From the NCBI GenBank assembly GCA_048938105.1, contig JBHLMN010000025.1, positions 17,723 to 81,722 of the forward strand: a stretch of 64,000 bases of DNA, in the 5' to 3' direction. A model generated the notes under the pieces. The model searched no databases, was not told where the DNA came from, and saw only the letters and a list, made by a program, of their open reading frames with translations. The translations under genes were made by a program, and so were the position numbers. Positions 20,223 to 29,514 of the stretch are shown here, piece after piece. The stretch is from Promethearchaeota archaeon. GTDB lineage: Archaea; Asgardarchaeota; Heimdallarchaeia; Hodarchaeales; Hodarchaeaceae. The stretch's first letter is position 1. Every line of letters starts with the position of its first letter.

Positions 20223-20280
20223 AACAGCAGTTTTCTGCTGTTTCTTTTGCCTTTTTTTTCCAAGTGTTCGGGAGCTGAGG
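20223..20280 (+). terminator. Hairpin plus T-tract after cytochrome 2
   Basis: AACAGCAG-tttt-CTGCTGTT, then T8. Confidence 0.65.
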
Positions 20281-20419
20281 TAAGTATCGCTTTTTTTGCT
20301 TTCTATGATATTATCTCTAATTTAAAAGAATTAAAAGAAACTAATTCCCGTCTTATCATAAAATAACTGCCTTCATCATAAAATAATTGTGTGAAATTAC
20401 TAAAGAGATGGAATAATTC

Positions 20420-22657
20420 ATGATAAATAAAGTAAATATCCAAGTTATTTCTCTAAGAGAATGGTTGTTATATTTCTTCATATCTATATTAATATTAGGT
20501 ACAACTCTACCAAGTATTACGTCTTTTACTCAAATAAATTTCACTTTTATTACTATGGAGAATAATAATCAGAAACTGTCTTGGAATCATGGCATCAAAC
20601 CTGATATAAAGCCTCTTTTCCCTTTTAAATCGGTAAATCTGGTTGAAGACAACCCAGAAGCATATTTTCCAAACTTTCTTTATTATTCTGTTGAAATTGC
20701 GAATACTCTTATTGATCATTTATACGACAATAAATCTGGTGGATTCTATCGTTCCGCTGATCAGGAATGGTCTAATAATAGTATAAATAGACTGAAATAT
20801 TCTTATGATCAAGCTCAAGCGATTATTGCACTACTAAAACTATCAAATGCCGTAATTAATCAAACAGAAAGGGAATATGCTATTAAAATTGCAAAGAGAA
20901 CAGGAAAATGCTTAATCACTGATTTACTTGACGTTCAATTTGACGGATTCTTTATTAGTGAGTCAAACAGACTTAAAAAACCTGGAGTTCAAGCAAAAGT
21001 AATTCAGGCACTTCTTTCTCTTTACAAATTAACAGAAAATCTTACCTATCGAGACATGGCTATTAATACTTTTAACTTCCTAGAAGTCGACGCATGGGAA
21101 AATATCGACGAGAATAAAGGATATTACAATTATCTATTGTCTCACACAGGTTTGATCGCTACGTCAAATCCAGAGACAGAGGATCTATATGAACCCAAGG
21201 CAAAGCGAGTAGATCATAATATATTAATGGGTGAAGCATTACTAGATCTTTACCATATAGAATCAGATGAGATATACTTAAGATATGCTAGGCGAATTTA
21301 TAATTTCTTTAATACCACATGTAGGAATAGTACTACTGGGCTATTTTATACTGGATTAAATGACAATAATGAAATTGTAGAAAATAGGTCAGCTGATTTA
21401 TTCATTAATTCCCTTGTGCTTGAATTTTTAGCTCATTTATATACTGCCACTGAGGAGCAGAAATATTATGATGATTTCTTTACCTTATTATATAGCGTAT
21501 TAGGTAATTTTTGGGACGATTTATATGGGGGTTTTTATAAAACTTATTCTTATGTAGGGCCTGAAGCAAGAGACAAAAAGAAACACACAGAAAGACAATT
21601 TTACGCTATTAGAGCTCTTGATGAAGCGTACAAACTTACCAACAATAGTCTATACTATAACCTTATTTATGACATGATGGAATTTTTAACTAATAAACTC
21701 TATGACAATGAGAACTTCGGATATTTTCAAGAGGTTAATCAGGATGGAACAGAAGGACAACCATACTGGAAAGACAAATATGCTGTAACTCAATCCTTGG
21801 CTATCTATTCATTCGCAAATCTCTGGTTGTATAGTAAACCAGGTGTTCTTAATGGAGTTTGGTCACCCTCAACACCCCTAGCTGATCAAGATTCAGTGAC
21901 CATTTCAGTTGCTGCTTTTGATTCTGATGGGCTATCAAATGTTCTTTTCAATTATTCAATAAATAATGATCCATACAAACTTGTAGAAATGGTTCCACAT
22001 AAGCTTATTGGGAATATGTTTGAAACCATGATGGAAGCCCATCCTGATGGTACAACAGTCAATTTTAATATCATTGTCAATGATACTTTTGGTAACAAAA
22101 TTGTTCGTGGTTCCTATTTTTTCCTTTGGCAGATTGATGTTTGGGCTCCTCAAATCTTCGTAATTAGTATTGATCCTGGAATTGAAATCCCAGTCCACAA
22201 AAACTTTTCGATTATTGTAACTGCACAAGATGTGCCTTCGCAAGGTAGTGTTGAATATGTGCGCATGTATTATCACCTTGCAAATAAGCCTGAAGAAACA
22301 ATTTCTTTAAAACAAATGAGTATCGGATCATATTATTGGAAAGCATCTTTTTCTGAAGGAATCCCAACACCTGGCACATATTTATATTATTTTGAAGCAA
22401 TAGATAATAGGGGGAACCCTGGATTTAGCTATACTAGCTCTTTTTCCATTCTAGGCTACCTAGAAACGCTACCTGCATCACTTGTATTTGGTGTACTACT
22501 TCTAATACTTGTTTTCATTCCTGCGGGGCTCTATACATATGTGGAATTTAAGAAAAAGAGTGCAAGAAAAACATTAAAGAATATAAAGAGGGCACGAAAC
22601 CGGAAAGGGAGAGGAAAGAGAGGAGCAAAAAGAATTAGAAGCACAAAGGAGAAATAA
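20420..22657 (+). CDS. Membrane-anchored YyaL/AGE-like (alpha/alpha)6-barrel protein, copy 2
   Basis: Shares AYFPNFLYYS, KYSYDQAQA, TERQFYAIRALDEAYKLTNN and ANLWLYSKP with copy 1. Confidence 0.75.
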   Translation: MINKVNIQVISLREWLLYFFISILILGTTLPSITSFTQINFTFITMENNNQKLSWNHGIKPDIKPLFPFKSVNLVEDNPEAYFPNFLYYSVEIANTLIDHLYDNKSGGFYRSADQEWSNNSINRLKYSYDQAQAIIALLKLSNAVINQTEREYAIKIAKRTGKCLITDLLDVQFDGFFISESNRLKKPGVQAKVIQALLSLYKLTENLTYRDMAINTFNFLEVDAWENIDENKGYYNYLLSHTGLIATSNPETEDLYEPKAKRVDHNILMGEALLDLYHIESDEIYLRYARRIYNFFNTTCRNSTTGLFYTGLNDNNEIVENRSADLFINSLVLEFLAHLYTATEEQKYYDDFFTLLYSVLGNFWDDLYGGFYKTYSYVGPEARDKKKHTERQFYAIRALDEAYKLTNNSLYYNLIYDMMEFLTNKLYDNENFGYFQEVNQDGTEGQPYWKDKYAVTQSLAIYSFANLWLYSKPGVLNGVWSPSTPLADQDSVTISVAAFDSDGLSNVLFNYSINNDPYKLVEMVPHKLIGNMFETMMEAHPDGTTVNFNIIVNDTFGNKIVRGSYFFLWQIDVWAPQIFVISIDPGIEIPVHKNFSIIVTAQDVPSQGSVEYVRMYYHLANKPEETISLKQMSIGSYYWKASFSEGIPTPGTYLYYFEAIDNRGNPGFSYTSSFSILGYLETLPASLVFGVLLLILVFIPAGLYTYVEFKKKSARKTLKNIKRARNRKGRGKRGAKRIRSTKEK

Positions 22658-22659
22658 TA

Positions 22660-24921
22660 ATGATTTACATTGGATTTGGAATGGATTTAGGCATGATTGT
22701 GTTGATTGTAGCTCTAATAGCACTTTTACTCGACGCTATCATTGTTCTTTCTGGAGAACATATAGAAAAGTGGGAATCTCTTTCAGAGCTCTGTCTTACT
22801 GTTGGTATCACAGCTATTATCATCTCTTTTGGCTATTTCAGTTATTCAGTCATTTCTGTTGATTATAGCTTTTCTTATATAAGTGGGTATGTTAATAATG
22901 ACATGGATCTTTTCTTGAGGCTATCAGCTATTTGGTCTGGACAGGTTGGATCATATTTCTTCTGGTTATTTTTGGTTGCTCTTCTTTATGTGATCTTTAG
23001 GTCAATGTTCCGAAAATATGCACATGAATCTGTCATTTGGAAATCATTTGTAATGACGAATGTCCAAGTTATTGTGTTAACAGCATTAACCCTTTTTAAT
23101 GATCCCTTCAAACTCAATATAAAGACTGTCACTGATGGTGTTGGACTTAATCCTATACTTTTGACTGAGTGGAATCTTATTCATCCACCAATTATTTTTA
23201 TTGGTTATGCCCTTTGCTTGGTTCCTATGGCCATTGGAATGGCTAGAATTTCTTCTCTTGAAGATGGGAAGGTACCAGACTTTGAAGGTAAGGAAAAACT
23301 GGATAATTTCTTTGAATTTATGGTTTCACTTTCTTGGCTTGTTTTAAGCTCAGGAATAATAATTGGGGGATATTGGGCTTATGTAACTCTCGGATGGGGG
23401 GGTTTTTGGGCATGGGATCCTGTTGAGACGGCCTCCCTAGTGCCATGGTTTTTTATTACCCTTTATTATCATGGAAAACCTATTCTTGGTAAACGGGAAT
23501 ACCTTGGCAATTACCTTGTAAGTATGAGCTACTTAGGTACCTTATTTGCCACATATTTAACTAGGAGTAATATTATATCAAGTGTACACACATTTCAACC
23601 TGAAGCAACCTTAGAAAATATTCTAAAATTCTTCATTCCTACGAATAGCTTTATGATGAAGATTATCTTACGATTCATACCTGATGAATGGTTATTATTT
23701 TTATTCATTGTTCTAATTGTGACTTTTTTAATTCCCCACTATTACGGAATTAAGAGTAGGGAAATATTTCATATTCCTATCTCACTTAATAAGAAAGATT
23801 TTCAGACTTCAAGATCCCGTATAACCGCATTGAAGATATCCTTCATTTCTGGTCTTTTTTGTTCTTATATCATCATCATAGGCTTGTTAACACCTGTTGT
23901 TTTTGACATTATTGGTTATTTTATTACTTTTAGTCCGAAAGGATTTGGATCAAGTATTATTATCGATATGGTGTTCTTTAATACAGTTATAACTATTTTT
24001 GGAGGACTAATGCTGCTTGCACAGTTTTTCTGTACTTTTTATCCTAGATTAAGCCTTAAGAAGAAGTATAGTCTCTTGATAGGTGGGGTAATAGCTGGAC
24101 TCACATTTTCAATATCTGGTTTTTTTTATCGGAATGGTTCTCTTAATCTGATTCTAGGTGAAAACAACCCTATCCTTGTTTTTTTAAGTAATTTCTGGAC
24201 TACTAGTGATAAAGCAAACTTGGTTATTCCTCTTTTATTTCTGGGAATTATAGGATTGATTATCGAATTTATTAGAGTAGCATTGAAGGAAGAGAAAAAT
24301 CTCATCCGTAAAACATCTCAAATAATGTTACATTTCTCTTTTTTAGTAATTCTTCTTGGTGCCTTACTGAGTGCAAATATGACATTTTCAACTGAGATAC
24401 TTGTTCAAGATGGTGGTGAATATCCAATTGAAGGCACTTCAATTAAGATTACTATCCTTGAGCTAGTTAGAGAATATCCTACTTCAGGCCCACTTGATGT
24501 TGAGTATATTACTAAATTCATGCTATCCTCTGACACACGGGTCATAGGATTTGGAATCAGCAAATTAGTCCGTCATAAGCGGTGGATTAACCCTTCAGAT
24601 GAATTATCAGGTTACAATGCCAAAGTGACAATTATAAGTGATCTTTTTTATGATATTTACATTATTACTGCTGGTTTTAATCAAAATCCATTAATTGGTT
24701 TTACAAATTCTCTTCTTCGAATAAAAATTGTACCGTATATTAACATTCTATGGTTGGGATGTCTTTTCCTTCATTTTGCTATGATTCCTTTAACTATAGG
24801 GAGATTTATCCTCTTAAAAAGGGCTTTTTCACCAGTTGGAAAGGAATCAGATAAATTTAATTCTAAAAGTGGCACCTCAGAGAACGAAAACGTTGTTAAT
24901 GGTGGTAATGAAAATGGTTAA
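22660..24921 (+). CDS. ccmF: Cytochrome c heme lyase CcmF, copy 2
   Basis: HPP, WGGFWAWDPVETASL, SVHTF. Confidence 0.93.
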   Translation: MIYIGFGMDLGMIVLIVALIALLLDAIIVLSGEHIEKWESLSELCLTVGITAIIISFGYFSYSVISVDYSFSYISGYVNNDMDLFLRLSAIWSGQVGSYFFWLFLVALLYVIFRSMFRKYAHESVIWKSFVMTNVQVIVLTALTLFNDPFKLNIKTVTDGVGLNPILLTEWNLIHPPIIFIGYALCLVPMAIGMARISSLEDGKVPDFEGKEKLDNFFEFMVSLSWLVLSSGIIIGGYWAYVTLGWGGFWAWDPVETASLVPWFFITLYYHGKPILGKREYLGNYLVSMSYLGTLFATYLTRSNIISSVHTFQPEATLENILKFFIPTNSFMMKIILRFIPDEWLLFLFIVLIVTFLIPHYYGIKSREIFHIPISLNKKDFQTSRSRITALKISFISGLFCSYIIIIGLLTPVVFDIIGYFITFSPKGFGSSIIIDMVFFNTVITIFGGLMLLAQFFCTFYPRLSLKKKYSLLIGGVIAGLTFSISGFFYRNGSLNLILGENNPILVFLSNFWTTSDKANLVIPLLFLGIIGLIIEFIRVALKEEKNLIRKTSQIMLHFSFLVILLGALLSANMTFSTEILVQDGGEYPIEGTSIKITILELVREYPTSGPLDVEYITKFMLSSDTRVIGFGISKLVRHKRWINPSDELSGYNAKVTIISDLFYDIYIITAGFNQNPLIGFTNSLLRIKIVPYINILWLGCLFLHFAMIPLTIGRFILLKRAFSPVGKESDKFNSKSGTSENENVVNGGNENG

Positions 24922-25312
24922 ATCCAAAAACGTCATAACTTCTGCAATTATCATCATAATATGTATAGGCGCATTTTTATATCTATTAGCCAGCTCTTCT
25001 ACTCCAATCTTCACTGTGAAAGAATTTATGGATCAACAGCAACTTGATTCCTATAAAAATCGTAAAATCCAACTAATAGGTGTTGTTCAACAAGTTAACA
25101 AAACAGGTTTCTTTATAACTGATCCTGATGATATAAATAACGCATCTTTGATTATTTATATTAATTCAACCAATGTAGAAAAACCTGTAGGATTTGAAAC
25201 TGGGAAAACTGTCCTTGTTGAAGGAAAACTTATCTCAACAACTAGTATATGGAAGTTCAAAGCTACAATGATTAGCACTAAATGTCCATCTAAGTATCAA
25301 GATGAAACATAA
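24914..25312 (+). CDS. ccmE: Heme chaperone CcmE, CxxxY type, copy 2
   Basis: KCPSKY; likely start MVKSKN overlapping the ccmF stop (ORF track starts at 24836). Confidence 0.92.
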   Translation: MVKSKNVITSAIIIIICIGAFLYLLASSSTPIFTVKEFMDQQQLDSYKNRKIQLIGVVQQVNKTGFFITDPDDINNASLIIYINSTNVEKPVGFETGKTVLVEGKLISTTSIWKFKATMISTKCPSKYQDET

Positions 25313-25444
25313 GGATTTTTTATGAAAAATGGTTGTTAATAAAATGTCTATTATTTGTATGTGGAAATATGTTTTCATGTTGAGACATTACTTTTTCTTA
25401 AATACACTGGTTACTTATAAAACCACAGTGGTGATTAGATAACG

Positions 25445-26125
25445 ATGCTTGAGAAAATACAGGAAAATCAGAACTGGATTATTCTGGCTTTGATGAGTAT
25501 CTTTGCCGTTATTAACTATTTTCTCGTGTTTATAGTTGTCAAACCGTTTCAAGGTTTTAATGTGAGTGGGCATCCAATTTTTTACATGGTTCCATTTGCA
25601 TTTTCAACATACCTGTGTTTTGCTGTTGTTCTTCTAAGTGCTATTCTTTACTTATGGAGAAAAGACACGCGATTCGATCTTCTTCTAGTTTCTGGGGCTC
25701 AGACTGGAGTCGTTGTTGGAGTAATAACAATTATAGTTGGAATAATCTGGTCTAAACCAGAATGGGGCTATTGGTGGCAATGGGAGCCCAGACAAACTGT
25801 AACATTGATCATGTGGTTGGCTTATGTTGGATTACTAGTTTTTAGAGAGATGATGGATGAGAAAAACTATGAGAAGAAAGCTACACTTTCCGCGATATTT
25901 GGAATTATAACTTCCCCCTCTGTTCCTTTATCCAACTTCGTCGTTGGTGCATTGCATCCACCCCCTCAACAAACAACACTTGGACCAGGGGTAGGTCTTT
26001 ATTTAATGTTAAATTTCTTATTCATTGGTTTTTTAACCTTATTACTTATTTATATGTCTTATAGGGTCAATAAGATTGATGTGAAGTTGAAAAAAATTAG
26101 AAGAATTAAAATGGACCAAATTTGA
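25445..26125 (+). CDS. ccmC: Heme exporter CcmC
   Basis: WSKPEWGYWWQWEPRQT tryptophan-rich motif, LHP, 6 TM. Confidence 0.9.
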   Translation: MLEKIQENQNWIILALMSIFAVINYFLVFIVVKPFQGFNVSGHPIFYMVPFAFSTYLCFAVVLLSAILYLWRKDTRFDLLLVSGAQTGVVVGVITIIVGIIWSKPEWGYWWQWEPRQTVTLIMWLAYVGLLVFREMMDEKNYEKKATLSAIFGIITSPSVPLSNFVVGALHPPPQQTTLGPGVGLYLMLNFLFIGFLTLLLIYMSYRVNKIDVKLKKIRRIKMDQI

Positions 26126-26157
26126 AGCTGGCTGGAAATTAAGAGGTGATGATTATC

Positions 26158-26313
26158 ATGACAGATATTTTTGATGAGCTATTAGGATCTGATTTGAGTT
26201 TAATGTTTTTCATTTCGATTGCAGTTTGGATTTTTATCTTTATATATCTGTATTTTACAAATATTAGGTTGAAAAAACTTGAAAAAGAATTGAATAGCTT
26301 GAAAGATGAATGA
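26158..26313 (+). CDS. ccmD: CcmD-like small membrane protein (51 aa), missed by the ORF track
   Basis: MTDIFDELLGSDLSLMFFISIAVWIFIFIYLYFTNIRLKKLEKELNSLKDE: single TM plus charged coiled tail; lies between ccmC and ccmA; GAGGTG upstream. Confidence 0.8.
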   Translation: MTDIFDELLGSDLSLMFFISIAVWIFIFIYLYFTNIRLKKLEKELNSLKDE

Positions 26314-26389
26314 AACACCATAATAAGCAGAATAACAAAGATCTTCGCTGATTGTATGGAAATGGATAAATTAAACAGAGTGTGCTAAG

Positions 26390-27100
26390 ATGTCAGTCTT
26401 AAACCACAATAATCCTCCCGTCGTGAAACTAACAAACGTATCCAAGGTTTACGGTTTCATTAATGCCGTGAAAGACATCGACTTGACAATTAAAGAAGGT
26501 GAAATCGTCGGACTATTAGGGAACAACGGTGCTGGAAAAAGTACACTATTAAAGATCATTTCTCTCTTAATTATACCTACAACTGGTAAGATTGAAATGT
26601 TTGGGAAAGAAGTGAAAGGAGACCAATTTCTCCTCAAAAGAGAGATTGGTACTCTATTAAGCCATTCTTTTTTTTATGAAGACTTAACTGGCCGTGAAAA
26701 TCTTGAATTTTATCTTAAGATGAATAGAAGAACAGATGACCATGTTAACGTTATTAACAAGGTAGTTAAAGAATATGGATTAAAGTTTTTTATTGATAGA
26801 CCTACCCATGAACTCTCAACTGGTATGGCAAAGAAACTTGAACTCTTAAGAGTCACTTTACCCAAGTTACCTAAGTTAATGTTACTTGATGAACCTTTTA
26901 GTGGTTTGGATATTGAAAACAAACAATTTATAAAAAATATTATAACAGAACGTAAATCTAATACTACTATTATTATCTGTTCGCATGATTTTAACTCAAT
27001 TTCTCACATATGTACCAAAGTGTATTATCTTGAAAAAGGGAGGATAAATAAAATTCTGGAACCTTCAGAATTCGATTACTTCCTCAATAAGCAAAATTAA
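26390..27100 (+). CDS. ccmA: ABC ATPase CcmA
   Basis: GNNGAGKS Walker A, LSTGM signature, LLDEP; ccm context. Confidence 0.88.
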   Translation: MSVLNHNNPPVVKLTNVSKVYGFINAVKDIDLTIKEGEIVGLLGNNGAGKSTLLKIISLLIIPTTGKIEMFGKEVKGDQFLLKREIGTLLSHSFFYEDLTGRENLEFYLKMNRRTDDHVNVINKVVKEYGLKFFIDRPTHELSTGMAKKLELLRVTLPKLPKLMLLDEPFSGLDIENKQFIKNIITERKSNTTIIICSHDFNSISHICTKVYYLEKGRINKILEPSEFDYFLNKQN

Positions 27101-27113
27101 ACCTTGGGGATGA

Positions 27114-27803
27114 ATGTTGTCAATAATTACTGATATTTATTTTCTAGCAAAAAAAGATATTCTGCTAGAATTTAGGAAAAGAGAAACACTCTTCTCCATG
27201 GGCCTCTTCTCCTTTGCTTCTGTCCTCATCTTTTCCACACTCTTTAATCTCATAGATATATCAGTAGAGGGAAAACAAGCTATTTCTGCTGCTTGTTTAT
27301 GGTTTATCATCACATTTATGGTGATGTTAGGCTTAACTTCTGTTTTTTCTCGTGAATTGAAAAAAAATTCGATTTATTCACTATTATCTCTTCCAATAAA
27401 ACCACAAGCGATCTTTCTAGCAAAACTTTTCTATTTAGTCGCTATTTTAACATTTATTGAAATTATTACACTAATTCTTGCGGTTATCTTTTTGAGGATA
27501 ACTTTACAAGTAAATTTTCTTCTTTTATGTGTAGTTTTAACAATTGGAACTCTCGATCTATGTGTTGCAGGCTGTATTGTCTCCTTTCTAACTATTTATG
27601 CAAAGTCAAAAACATTGGCGATTCCAATCCTGTTTTTTCCCCTGATTCTTCCTTCTGTCTTAATAGCCACACAAACAACAACTAATCTCTTCCTTTTCGA
27701 CGATACAATGACAGTAATCAACAATACCTTACTTCTCATCTTTCATGCTGTAATTATCCTTACTTTCATTTTACTTGTGACAGATGAACTCATTAGAGAA
27801 TAG
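27114..27803 (+). CDS. ccmB: Heme exporter permease CcmB
   Basis: KKDILLEFRKRE, IFLAK, LAIPILFFPLILP; 6 TM. Confidence 0.9.
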   Translation: MLSIITDIYFLAKKDILLEFRKRETLFSMGLFSFASVLIFSTLFNLIDISVEGKQAISAACLWFIITFMVMLGLTSVFSRELKKNSIYSLLSLPIKPQAIFLAKLFYLVAILTFIEIITLILAVIFLRITLQVNFLLLCVVLTIGTLDLCVAGCIVSFLTIYAKSKTLAIPILFFPLILPSVLIATQTTTNLFLFDDTMTVINNTLLLIFHAVIILTFILLVTDELIRE

Positions 27804-27831
27804 ATACGTTTAAAATAGTATGATAATGATT

Positions 27832-28797
27832 TTAATCACTACTTGACTGAAGTATCCTTTCATTCATTACAGAGAGACTTTTTACTCGCTTGATAGCTAT
27901 GATAATGACAATATAGTAGAGAACATATGTGAAAACCTCAATCAAAGCTGGGTTATCATTCCAACCAAATAATCCAACAATGATTCCACCAATAACACTT
28001 TTTTCAAACATTGTGGGATTTAGTGGATCATAACCCCATCCAAACAACAATAATAAGAATTCCCCAAGTGGAGAATCGTTAATATTCCAGACTTCCATCC
28101 AGATGACATTATTAATGAAAGAAGAACCTGAAATTTCTATAAATTCATAGATTTCATGAATACCATGCGCAAGTAACCCCGCGGCAAAAATAATAAGTAT
28201 TACACTAGTTACTTGAAAGAACTTCTTAATATCTAATTGTCGGGTCGTCGTAAACAGCAAGAATGCCATTATTGAAGCAAATAATAGACCAGTGAGAGAT
28301 CCAATAATTATTGCAGAAAAAGCTGTAACAACTCCTACGTAACCCAAACTGCTTATATAACTGGCATATAAAAAGAAGACTAATTCTGCCCCTTCTCTCG
28401 CCACTGAAATAAAAACTAAAAATGTTATACCAGCTTTTTCTTGATTTGAAATTATTTTGTCAATTTTATCTTGGATATCTGAACGTATGTTCTTAGATTG
28501 GTGTGTCATCCAAATAATCATCCATGAGAGAACCGCTGCAGCTAAAAGCATTGCAATTCCTTCGAATAATTTTTGATATTCAGCTAGATTTGTGAGAAAT
28601 GTGAGAAAAATCCAAGCCATTCCAATACTGAAAATTATTGCTACAAAAACACCGTAGAGAATATCCCGATATAAATCTCTCCGATTTATTAAAGTTAAAT
28701 AGCTCATAATAATACCTATGATTAGGGCTGCTTCCAAAACTTCACGTAATGACGTTACAAAACTAAAAATTACACTTCCCAAGATTTCATATGCCAT
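27832..28797 (-). CDS. FTR1/EfeU-family iron permease
   Basis: Two RExxE motifs (REVLE, REGAE). Confidence 0.92.
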   Translation of the reverse strand: MAYEILGSVIFSFVTSLREVLEAALIIGIIMSYLTLINRRDLYRDILYGVFVAIIFSIGMAWIFLTFLTNLAEYQKLFEGIAMLLAAAVLSWMIIWMTHQSKNIRSDIQDKIDKIISNQEKAGITFLVFISVAREGAELVFFLYASYISSLGYVGVVTAFSAIIIGSLTGLLFASIMAFLLFTTTRQLDIKKFFQVTSVILIIFAAGLLAHGIHEIYEFIEISGSSFINNVIWMEVWNINDSPLGEFLLLLFGWGYDPLNPTMFEKSVIGGIIVGLFGWNDNPALIEVFTYVLYYIVIIIAIKRVKSLSVMNERILQSSSD

Positions 28798-28966
28798 TTC
28801 TTGTTACACCATCTAAAAGACTTATGAAAAGCTGATAGAACATCATTTACAATAAAATTAACAATAGTTTAGTATATTGTCTTACGATTAAAATATACAA
28901 ATTTTAAAATTAAATTGAGTAGTATTCCAATATTAAGAATCTAGAACATAATACGGGTATAAGAGT

Positions 28967-29404
28967 ATGGTAGATATAATTAAAGCTAGCTACGATGATC
29001 TAGAAAGTGTATATTCATTGTTGAAATTAGTAAGCCTCCCTATAGATGGTGTTGCTGATAATTTTCACAATTTTTTTGTTTTGTGGGAAAAAAACCAACT
29101 TCAAGGTTGTGCAGGGATTGAAATTTACGATGAAATTGGTCTCCTTCGATCTGTCGCGGTTCATCCCTCTTTTCAGGGCCAGGGATTGGGGCAAAAACTA
29201 GTTGAGACAATTCAAAGATTCTCCATTGAAAAGGGACTGACCGAAATTTATTTATTAACTGAAACAGCAGAAAGATTCTTCTTAAAGCTGAACTATGTTG
29301 TTATCTCAAGAGATGAAGCTGATGATAAGGTCAAACAATCTATTGAATTTATCTCTCTATGTCCTATTTCAGCGGTTTGCATGGTAAAAAGATTAACTGA
29401 ATGA
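28967..29404 (+). CDS. GNAT N-acetyltransferase (ArsN2-like)
   Basis: LLRSVAV..QGQGLG, YLLTETAERFF, EF..LCP.SA..M. Confidence 0.85.
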   Translation: MVDIIKASYDDLESVYSLLKLVSLPIDGVADNFHNFFVLWEKNQLQGCAGIEIYDEIGLLRSVAVHPSFQGQGLGQKLVETIQRFSIEKGLTEIYLLTETAERFFLKLNYVVISRDEADDKVKQSIEFISLCPISAVCMVKRLTE

Positions 29405-29514
29405 ATCAAAATTAACTGTAGAAATCTGATAAATTGAGATTTAAGAAATTAAATCAATAAATTTCGAAGAAGTCACCAATTAATTTATGATAAATCTTAA
29501 AGGATGAGATTTAA

